64,000 nucleotides of DNA. It comes from Alistipes sp. (lineage in GTDB: Bacteria; Bacteroidota; Bacteroidia; Bacteroidales; Rikenellaceae). Of the stretch, positions 10,876 to 18,443 are shown piece by piece. How positions within the stretch are numbered: the stretch's first letter is position 1; every line of letters begins with the position of its first letter. The stretch lies in the NCBI GenBank assembly GCA_045654285.1, contig JAZONC010000019.1, positions 46,602-110,601 of the forward strand, in the 5' to 3' direction. Position numbers and translations under genes: made by a program. The notes beneath the pieces are model-generated. The model was not told the origin of the DNA. It was given only the letters and a program-made list of their open reading frames with translations, and made no database searches.

Positions 10876-10949
10876 GGTGCGTTAGTTCAGCTGGTTAGAA
10901 TACGTGCCTGTCACGCACGGGGTCAGGGGTTCGAGTCCCCTACGCACCG
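10876..10949 (+). tRNA. tRNA-Asp(GTC)
   Basis: Acceptor GGTGCGT/ACGCACC, anticodon arm CGTGC-CTGTCAC-GCACG, GTTCGAGTC T-arm; followed by terminator AAACGAC...GTCGTTTTTT. Confidence 0.96.
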
Positions 10950-11008
10950 CGAAACGACTTACAGAAATGTTGGTCGTTTTTTTTATTTTTATATCGCAAT
11001 CGAGTTCC

Positions 11009-11503
11009 CTACTCCATCTCTTGACTTATAGGTGCCACCGTAGCGCCTACATACTCAATCAAATCATTCGGTGCAATACGAATCTGTAAGCCTCGCACAC
11101 CAGCACTTATGTAGATAAACTCGTGATCAAGGCTTGAGGTGTGGATATAAGTCGGGAAACGACGTTTCATACCAATGGGAGAGCAACCGCCGCGAATATA
11201 TCCCGTCGTAGGCAATAGCTCCTTCATTGCAATCATCTCAACCCATTTATTACCAGATGCACGCGCCGCAGCCTTCAAATCAACCTCGTGATCGCCAGGC
11301 ACCACGCAAACCAAATGCCCCGTACGATCGCCCGTGAGCACGAGAGTCTTAAAGACCGAGGCTATATCCTCACCAAGTTGCTCGGCAACGTGCGTAGCAG
11401 CAAGATTATTCTCATCTACCTCGTAGGGGATTAGTTCGTAACTTATCTTAGCCCTATCGAGCAGACGGGCGGCGTTGGTCTTTTCAATCTTTTGCTTTGC
11501 CAT
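11009..11503 (-). CDS. ybaK: Cys-tRNA(Pro) deacylase YbaK
   Basis: KTNAARLLD, VFKTLV, TGYIRGGCSPIGMK, SAGVRG; start placed at MAKQ. Confidence 0.92.
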   Translation of the reverse strand: MAKQKIEKTNAARLLDRAKISYELIPYEVDENNLAATHVAEQLGEDIASVFKTLVLTGDRTGHLVCVVPGDHEVDLKAAARASGNKWVEMIAMKELLPTTGYIRGGCSPIGMKRRFPTYIHTSSLDHEFIYISAGVRGLQIRIAPNDLIEYVGATVAPISQEME

Positions 11504-11607
11504 AAACAAATATTTGACTACAAATTTATCAAAAAAACAAACTAACTACCACCTCAATAGCCATTTTTCCTTGCTCCTTTGGCTATAAATTTATAAATTT
11601 GTGGCAT

Positions 11608-11997
11608 ATGAAGTCTATTTTTTCATACCTATTACCACTCGTTGCACTCTTGCTTGTAGGATGCAGTATAGGGCGTAATCCAAGCTCTGCAGCCAAACAT
11701 TTCTACTCATCGATTGCCGAAGGTGAGTATGCCCAAGCACTAGCGGCAACCACCATTTCCGAGGATATAGACCCCGAAATCTATTACGCAATAATGGATA
11801 AGGTAAATCATTCTATTACCGAGCGAGGAGGGATTAAGCATATCGAAGTGGTGAGTGAGATTATTGCCGAAGATGGTCTTACAGCTGTTGTCGAGACCCT
11901 CATAACCTACGCCAACGGCACCGAGCAGAGAGAGGAGTGTGATGTAATTTTGATAGATAAGTATTGGAAAGTAGATGTTAATCTCGATTCGAAATAA
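11608..11997 (+). CDS. DUF4878-like lipoprotein
   Basis: Lipobox LLVGC; NTF2-like pattern (PSSAAKHFY...AVVETLITYANG...YWKV). Confidence 0.65.
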   Translation: MKSIFSYLLPLVALLLVGCSIGRNPSSAAKHFYSSIAEGEYAQALAATTISEDIDPEIYYAIMDKVNHSITERGGIKHIEVVSEIIAEDGLTAVVETLITYANGTEQREECDVILIDKYWKVDVNLDSK

Positions 11998-12604
11998 CCT
12001 GTTTATCATACTATTAGCCATCAGCGCTGTACAATGTAGCACGCACGAGGTTACTATGCCCAAGCCTCCTATCGAGGAGTTCTACTCAGGCGATTTGGCG
12101 TTTCGTCTTGGGCGTACTCTCGAGAGCGATGCCATAGCAGCCTCGGCAGATGAGGGTTGCGACTACTCTCACATCGGGGTTATAATTCGTCAAGAGGATA
12201 GCATTCGCGTAATACACATCGAGCCCGAGCGAGGAGCTTCAGAGCGTATAAAGTGTGAAACTTTGGAGAAGTTTTTTCACCCTACTCGTGCTGTAAAAGG
12301 GTGTGTTGCAAGACGCAAAACACTCTCTAAAGAAGAGCAACAAATAATTGAAAATAGGAGTATTAGCCTATTAAATTCGGGTATTCCATTCGATCACGAT
12401 TACTCGCTACAAGACTCCTCGGCAATGTACTGCACCGAGCTTATTAATACCATATTTCTTAAGGCTGGCATATCGCTCACCGAGATACGCCACAAGGTGC
12501 CACTCATCGAGGAGGGTGTCATCCTGCCTTCAGATATGCTACGCGATGGGGATTTGGAGATCATATGGCACTACTCCGAGCGACGGCCTGCACGCCACAA
12601 CTGA
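11975..12604 (+). CDS. YiiX/YebB-like permuted NlpC/P60 papain-like amidase, probable lipoprotein
   Basis: GDLAFR, YSHIGVI, PFDHDY, MYCTELI, ILPSDM; AVQC lipobox. Confidence 0.82.
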   Translation: MLISIRNNLFIILLAISAVQCSTHEVTMPKPPIEEFYSGDLAFRLGRTLESDAIAASADEGCDYSHIGVIIRQEDSIRVIHIEPERGASERIKCETLEKFFHPTRAVKGCVARRKTLSKEEQQIIENRSISLLNSGIPFDHDYSLQDSSAMYCTELINTIFLKAGISLTEIRHKVPLIEEGVILPSDMLRDGDLEIIWHYSERRPARHN

Positions 12605-13467
12605 TAGCTATTAACTATATTCTGCCATACGATATATGCCGTAGGTGCTACCGATGAAATAGGATCAAGGAACGCCTGCGAGAGCCACACGGCCAGCACC
12701 GTATTCTTTTGTCCGAGCGACTGACCTCCAGCTACCGTGTCGCCATAATGACGACCAATGCTACGACCAAGCTTAAACTGCACCAAACATATCACAAGTG
12801 CCACAAACGCCAATAGCAGTGTGGTAGTACGGTCGGTATCCTGATTATCGAGCAGGAAACAAGTTGTGCGAGAGATAATTACCGTAAGCGACATAAGCCA
12901 TATATAGAACGATAGACGGCTATGTTCGGCCACCCATCCGCTCACTTTAGGAAGAAACGCACGGCATAATTGCCCCGCCACAAAGGGGGCTATAAGCAAG
13001 GGCGACACCTTTTGCAAAATCTGCGCCATCGTACACTCACCATTGCCAAAGGCGTGCAACACAACCGGCGCAAAGAGAGCAATAGCGATATTACACAGAA
13101 GGCTATACGCCGCCATTGTTTCGAGATTAGCACCCAACATTCCGCCAATCACCACAGCCGCCATAGCCACGGGTGCCAAAATACATATCATTGCACCCTG
13201 CGCCACCACAACATCGAACCACGCCAGAGCATAATATACCGCCAGCGAGCCCACTACCTGAAACAACAATAGCCACAAATGCATCCACGAGAAGCGTATG
13301 CGGCGCGCATCGACACGGCAAAAAGTGAGGAACAACATCGTAAAGATAAACGACGGCGTGAGCATACCCCACAATGTAGCATCGACCCACGCGATGGGTC
13401 TACAAAGCAGTGCGCCAACAACCATTCCCAATGGCATTGATATTGTACGAAAAGTATTGAATGTCAT
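12571..13467 (-). CDS. Bile acid:sodium symporter-like transporter
   Basis: Multiple TMs; GQSLGQKNTVLAVW, PTAYIVWQNIVNS; start moved to MTFNTF to avoid overlap with the upstream gene. Confidence 0.8.
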   Translation of the reverse strand: MTFNTFRTISMPLGMVVGALLCRPIAWVDATLWGMLTPSFIFTMLFLTFCRVDARRIRFSWMHLWLLLFQVVGSLAVYYALAWFDVVVAQGAMICILAPVAMAAVVIGGMLGANLETMAAYSLLCNIAIALFAPVVLHAFGNGECTMAQILQKVSPLLIAPFVAGQLCRAFLPKVSGWVAEHSRLSFYIWLMSLTVIISRTTCFLLDNQDTDRTTTLLLAFVALVICLVQFKLGRSIGRHYGDTVAGGQSLGQKNTVLAVWLSQAFLDPISSVAPTAYIVWQNIVNSYQLWRAGRRSE

Positions 13468-13468
13468 A

Positions 13469-14923
13469 CTATTTACTTCTTTTTTTAGATGATATAAGCA
13501 GTAATCCCACAAAGGTAAAGGCTGCATTATAGCCAAGCAGCTCAAAGCCGATACCATACCCCACTTTCTGACTTAAAAACCACTGTAACAGATAGCTAAA
13601 AATGGGCGAACAGATGGCGATCAACGGCACATATCGCTCGTTGATTTGACGCTTCGAGATAAGTCCAAACGAATAGAGTCCAAGTATGGGTCCATAGGTA
13701 TATCCTGCCACCTTGAAAACAAGATTTATTATACCGTCGCTGGCCATCTGCTCAAGCAACAGAATCACCACCACAAGCACCACGGCCATCGCTATGTGAG
13801 TACGATGGCGTAGGCGCGTAAGTTGCTCCTCATCGTTATATTTTTGTGCCTGCAAAATATCGATCGTAAAGGCCGTCGTGAGCGATGTGAGCGACGCTCC
13901 AGCCGCCGAGTAGGTACTCGACACAAGGCCGATAACAAACATCACACCTGCGGCAATGGGTAAACCACCCTGCACGGCCACCAACGGGAAGGCATCATCG
14001 CCCTTAGCGGGAGTGGGCAACGAGGCAAAGTCGATATAGCGATAGATAAGCGCACCCAGAGCAAGAAACATCAGGATGACAAATATCTGACACAGAGCCG
14101 TAAGCACAATGTTGATTTGCGAATCGCGCACACTACGACAGCTCAGATTGCGTTGCATCATATCCTGATCAAGTCCCGTCATAGCCACCAAACACAGCGC
14201 ACCACCCGCCACCATCTTCCAGAAGTTGCGAGGCGACGAGGCATCGCAAAAGAACCACATCTGCGAATATGGCGACTCGGCTACGGCATCCACCGCCGAT
14301 GCAAACGACAACCCCATCTGGCGACATATAAACCACGTGCAAACCACTATGCTGGCCACCAAACAAAGCGACTGCAGAATGTCGGTATGAATAAGCGAGC
14401 GCACGCCTCCTGTGCGGGTATAGAGCCACACGACAAGCATCGTAAAGAGCAGATTGACAGTAAAGCCAACGCCAAAACTATCAAACACAAGTGTCTGCAT
14501 CACAGCGCAAACGACATAAATCTTCAGCGCCGCACCCACAATTTTTGCCACCAAGAAACACCACGCTCCCGTACGATGTGTCGCAGGACCAAATCGGTCG
14601 CCCAACCACTCGTAGAGCGATACCACTCCACGACGGTAGAAGGCAGGCACAAGAACAAAGGCCACGATGAGTTGTCCGATGGTAAAACCTACCACCATCT
14701 GCATATAGGAGAACGAGTCGGCTGCCACCGAGCCAGGCACCGAGATAAAGGTTACACCCGACATCGCGGCACCAATCATCGCAAGCGTCGCGGCATACCA
14801 CTTTGTACGGCGTGCACCGATGAAAAATGTGGCATTATCGGCACCTCGGGCGGCTCGTCGCGCAATGACAACGAGTAGAGCCAAATAGGCTGCAAGGGTT
14901 ATGAGTACTATGTATGATGACAT
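13469..14923 (-). CDS. Sodium:solute symporter
   Basis: SGVTFISVPG, MTGLDQDMMQRNL, AGYTYGPILGL; many TMs; start placed at MSSYIV. Confidence 0.88.
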   Translation of the reverse strand: MSSYIVLITLAAYLALLVVIARRAARGADNATFFIGARRTKWYAATLAMIGAAMSGVTFISVPGSVAADSFSYMQMVVGFTIGQLIVAFVLVPAFYRRGVVSLYEWLGDRFGPATHRTGAWCFLVAKIVGAALKIYVVCAVMQTLVFDSFGVGFTVNLLFTMLVVWLYTRTGGVRSLIHTDILQSLCLVASIVVCTWFICRQMGLSFASAVDAVAESPYSQMWFFCDASSPRNFWKMVAGGALCLVAMTGLDQDMMQRNLSCRSVRDSQINIVLTALCQIFVILMFLALGALIYRYIDFASLPTPAKGDDAFPLVAVQGGLPIAAGVMFVIGLVSSTYSAAGASLTSLTTAFTIDILQAQKYNDEEQLTRLRHRTHIAMAVVLVVVILLLEQMASDGIINLVFKVAGYTYGPILGLYSFGLISKRQINERYVPLIAICSPIFSYLLQWFLSQKVGYGIGFELLGYNAAFTFVGLLLISSKKRSK

Positions 14924-15098
14924 TTTTTCACTTTCTATTGGGTAATCAACCACAAAAGTGCGTTTTTTCGCCGTACAAAGATACGAATTCGCCACAAAAA
15001 AATTGCTGTTTCAAATAAGTTTAATATCTTTGCGTGGAGATAAAAGTTTTTATCCGAAATAGGAGAATAGTAATAATAGATAATTTTTAATTTAGACT

Positions 15099-16979
15099 AT
15101 GGCAAAATCATTGAAGATTAGAGATCTTAGTTTGCGCGACGGACAGCAGTCGTCATTTGCTACCCGAATGACTCAGGAGCAGATCAATCGCTGTCTTCCT
15201 TACTATAAAGATGCAGGATTCTTCGCTATGGAGGTTTGGGGCGGTGCAGTGCCCGACTCTGTAATGCGTTACTTGGGCGAGAACCCCTGGACTCGTTTGG
15301 AGAGCATCCACAAGGAGATTGGTGATATTTCAAAGCTTACAGCACTTTCACGAGGCCGTAACCTTTTTGGTTACGCTCCCTATACCGATGAGATTATCGA
15401 CGGTTTCAGCCGCAATGCTATCCAGAGCGGTTTGGGTATTATGCGTATCTTCGACGCATTGAACGACGTTGATAATGTAAAGTCTACTATCAAGTATGTT
15501 AAGCGTTACGGTGGTATTGCCGACTGCGCAGTATGTTACACCGTAGACCCCAAGTACCCCCAGCCCACATTCTTGCAGAAGCTCTTCGGCAAGAAGGCTC
15601 CCCAGCCCGTATTTACTGACGAGTACTTCCTCGAGAAGGCTACCAAGATGGCCTCTCTCGGTGCTGATATGATCACCATCAAGGATATGTCGGGACTTAT
15701 TCCTCCCCAGCGTATCAGCCGTTTGGTAAAGCTCTTCAAGCAGCACATCAAGGTGCCCATCGACTTCCACACTCACTCTACTCCCGGCTACGGCTTGGCT
15801 TCAGTATTTGCAGCTATCGCCGCAGGTGTTGATGTAGTGGATACAAACTGCTGGTGGTTCGCTGGTGGTACAGGTGCACCCGCATTGGAGCTCGTATATG
15901 TATTCTGCCAGAAGATGGGTATCGACATCGGTGTAAATATGGACGCTGTTGCAAAGATCAACGAGCAGTTGAAGGTTATCCGCAAGGAGCTGGAGTTGTC
16001 GGTATTCGGTGCCGAGAAACCCAAGCCCAACCGCTTCGCATTCTCTGATACTGCTGACCAGCTCTTCAACGAGGCTGTTGCTGCAGCTAAGGCCGAGAAC
16101 TTCGACAAGTTGCTCGAGGTTAGCCAGAAGATCGAGGCTTACTACGGCTTCCCCGCTCCCAACGAGCTCGTACAGAAGGCCGAGATCCCCGGTGGTATGT
16201 ACTCAAATATGGTTGCACAGCTCAAGCAGCTTAAGTCGGAGGATATTCTCCCCCGCGCTATGGAGCTCATCCCCTCAGTACGTTTGTCGGCAGGTTTGCC
16301 TCCCCTCGTAACTCCCACATCGCAGATCGTGGGTGCACAGGCTGTAAACTGCGCTATGGACGAGAAGGCTGGTCGCGAGATGTACACCAACAAGAGCTCG
16401 CAGTTCATTGGTTTGGTTAAGGGTGATTACGGTAAGACTCCCGTGGAGATCGATCCCGAGTTCCGTATGAAGATATGTGGTTTCAGCGACGAGCGTCCCT
16501 ACGATACTTCAAAATACACTATGCAGCCCAACCCCGAGTTGCCCGAGGCTGGTGGCGTGAAGCTCGCTGAGAACGAGAAGGAGATCCTCTTGCTCGAGTT
16601 GTTCCCGCTCGTGGCTAAGAACTTCCTCACCAACACCAAGAAGAAGGCTTACGAGACCGAGCAGGCTGAGAAAGCTGCTAAGGAGGCTGCAAAGGCTGCT
16701 GCTGAGGCTAAGCGTGCTGCTGAGGCTAAGGCTGCGTTGGCTGCTCAGAAGGTTAAGCCTATCACAGGCAAGACCGTTGAGGCTCCCCTGCCTGGTCGCA
16801 TCTTGGAGGTTTGCGTTAAGGTTGGCGATGTAGTTAAGCGTGGCCAGACAATCGTAATCCTCGATGCGATGAAAATGGAGAACAACATCACCACCGACTA
16901 TGCAGGTACCGTTAAGCAGGTAGTTGTAGAGGTTGGCGAGGCTGTTCCTGCAAATGCAATTTTGGCAGAGGTGGAGTAA
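15099..16979 (+). CDS. Oxaloacetate decarboxylase alpha / pyruvate carboxylase carboxyltransferase with biotinyl domain
   Basis: LRDGQQS, MEVWGGA, RIFDALND, IKDMSG, HTHST, PGGMYSNM, VTPTSQIVG, biotin motif AMKM. Confidence 0.9.
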   Translation: MAKSLKIRDLSLRDGQQSSFATRMTQEQINRCLPYYKDAGFFAMEVWGGAVPDSVMRYLGENPWTRLESIHKEIGDISKLTALSRGRNLFGYAPYTDEIIDGFSRNAIQSGLGIMRIFDALNDVDNVKSTIKYVKRYGGIADCAVCYTVDPKYPQPTFLQKLFGKKAPQPVFTDEYFLEKATKMASLGADMITIKDMSGLIPPQRISRLVKLFKQHIKVPIDFHTHSTPGYGLASVFAAIAAGVDVVDTNCWWFAGGTGAPALELVYVFCQKMGIDIGVNMDAVAKINEQLKVIRKELELSVFGAEKPKPNRFAFSDTADQLFNEAVAAAKAENFDKLLEVSQKIEAYYGFPAPNELVQKAEIPGGMYSNMVAQLKQLKSEDILPRAMELIPSVRLSAGLPPLVTPTSQIVGAQAVNCAMDEKAGREMYTNKSSQFIGLVKGDYGKTPVEIDPEFRMKICGFSDERPYDTSKYTMQPNPELPEAGGVKLAENEKEILLLELFPLVAKNFLTNTKKKAYETEQAEKAAKEAAKAAAEAKRAAEAKAALAAQKVKPITGKTVEAPLPGRILEVCVKVGDVVKRGQTIVILDAMKMENNITTDYAGTVKQVVVEVGEAVPANAILAEVE

Positions 16980-17000
16980 CCACCCCTCCCTTTAAATAGC

Positions 17001-17032
17001 AAATAGGCCATCCCAAGCGGATGGCCTATTTT
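17001..17032. terminator. Bidirectional terminator
   Basis: AAATAGGCCATCC-CAAGC-GGATGGCCTATTTT. Confidence 0.8.
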
Positions 17033-17054
17033 ATTTATATCGTATTGCCGCAAA

Positions 17055-17720
17055 TCACTCTTGCGATTTATTGTTGCTCCTAAGTGAGTAGATATTTGTT
17101 ACATATATCGTGAATATAGGGAAGAACATCATTCCCAATGCGGGCAACAACACCGCCAGCACCTTTCCTACGGCCGTTACAGGAAATATAGCTGCACCAA
17201 CGGTAGTTACATTCATCCAAGCCCACCATAGGGCATTGCCAAAGCCGTGCAAACGCTCGTTCACACCAACCTCATAGTCGAAGAACATAAGTGCAGCAAG
17301 ATAAGTGAAGCAGACAACGGTAAATAGGTAAGCCGCAAAGAGAAACTTAACACCTCCGCCGATAAACCACTTTACCACCACCCCCATTGCTACAAATGAG
17401 CGCACTAACGGCAAAGCCGCCACGACAATGGCTACACCTCGCTCGGGAGTAGCGCCTATCCAGTGCAGGATATTGAGGTATGGGATCGAGAGCAGAAGTA
17501 ACACAAGATTGAGCATATAATACCTCGGTCGCACATCGCGAGCAACGAGAGCCGAGGCAAAATCGACGATAAAGACGATGCAGACCACAAATTGTAGCCA
17601 CAAATACCACTCTGAATAGGTGTGATGATTGCCCGCCAGCACCTCTATCGACACTCCCACCAGCAGAGCCACTCCCGCAAGGAGATTTATTACTCCGGCA
17701 AAATTGTTTTCACTCTTCAT
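17055..17720 (-). CDS. Potassium-channel-family membrane protein
   Basis: Pore region FGNALWWAWMNVTTVGAAIFPVTAVGK; multiple TMs. Confidence 0.75.
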   Translation of the reverse strand: MKSENNFAGVINLLAGVALLVGVSIEVLAGNHHTYSEWYLWLQFVVCIVFIVDFASALVARDVRPRYYMLNLVLLLLSIPYLNILHWIGATPERGVAIVVAALPLVRSFVAMGVVVKWFIGGGVKFLFAAYLFTVVCFTYLAALMFFDYEVGVNERLHGFGNALWWAWMNVTTVGAAIFPVTAVGKVLAVLLPALGMMFFPIFTIYVTNIYSLRSNNKSQE

Positions 17721-17800
17721 ATAATCAATGTTTTAGCCCATTTGCGACAAATTATGTGCCGCAAAAAGAGAAAAATAAAAGTAAATTTTTTGCAAAATAT

Positions 17801-17831
17801 TTTGCGCGAAAGAAAAAATAATATATCTTTG
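17801..17831 (+). promoter_or_regulatory. Promoter of the tRNA-Met/tRNA-Pro operon
   Basis: TTTG (17801-17804), N19, TATCTTTG (17824-17831). Confidence 0.75.
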
Positions 17832-17849
17832 CACTCGCATTTAGGTGAT

Positions 17850-17923
17850 GGCGAGATAGCTCAGCTGGTTAGAGCGCATGATTCATAATCATGAGGTCGA
17901 GAGTTCAAGTCTCTCTCTCGCTA
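17850..17923 (+). tRNA. tRNA-Met(CAT), elongator type
   Basis: GGCGAGA/TCTCGCT acceptor, CATGA-TTCATAA-TCATG anticodon arm, GTTCAAGTC. Confidence 0.93.
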
Positions 17924-18015
17924 CTAAAAGGGAATGGAGATGCAGACAACCCCAAGCTGCAAACAAATCCACCCTGATGCAAGGCGAGTGCAACGATAAG
18001 TGGCACAGACCAAAA

Positions 18016-18090
18016 CGGGATGTAGCTCAGCCCGGTTAGAGTACACGTCTGGGGGGCGTGGTGTCGCTGGTTCGAATCCAGTCATCCCGA
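18016..18090 (+). tRNA. tRNA-Pro(GGG)
   Basis: CGGGATG/CATCCCG acceptor, CACGT-CTGGGGG-GCGTG anticodon arm, GTTCGAATC. Confidence 0.95.
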
Positions 18091-18410
18091 CTTTTTGAGC
18101 AGACCGCAGGATAAAATCCTGCGGTTTTTTTGTTATATGGTGTGGCGATTTAAGCAAGCTTATCGCCGCACCAAAACAAAAAACCTCATTTCATTCGGAC
18201 TGCTCGGGATGGGAATGGTTGGTATTCTTTAATATTTGGTTGCGGGGATATAATAATATTATTACTACGCATAATGAATCCCCGCTTCGGCTTCGCCGTT
18301 CGAATCCAGTCATCCCGACCTTTTTGAGCAGACCGCAGGATAAAATCCTGCGGTTTTTTTGTTATATGGTGTGGCGATTTAAGCAAGCTTATCGCCTCAC
18401 CAAAACAAAA
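18070..18410 (+). repeat. Direct duplication of tRNA-Pro(GGG) T-loop/3' end, terminator and downstream hairpin, flanking a structured cassette
   Basis: 18070-18181 vs 18298-18410: identical except one extra C and one G/T substitution. Confidence 0.92.
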
Positions 18411-18438
18411 GAGGTTTGACATAAATCAAACCTCTTTT
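18407..18438. terminator. Terminator for the convergent GH78 gene
   Basis: AAAAGAGGTTTGA-CATAAA-TCAAACCTCTTTT. Confidence 0.75.
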
Positions 18439-18443
18439 ACATT

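Noticed and set aside
10714-11089. ORFs spanning tRNA-Asp, and a search for a cassette after tRNA-Asp
   Set aside because: The ORFs are shadows of the tRNA. tRNA-Asp is followed only by a simple terminator, with no 3' duplication.
11009-11503. ybaK in the same window as all three tRNA-Pro genes
   Set aside because: Separated by 6-29 kb of unrelated genes; nothing suggests functional clustering.
17622-18422. Short ORFs 17622-17888, 17924-18157, 18186-18422 and 18219-18419 as element-encoded proteins
   Set aside because: They overlap tRNAs, terminators and the duplication, and have no counterpart in the second cassette at 40 kb.
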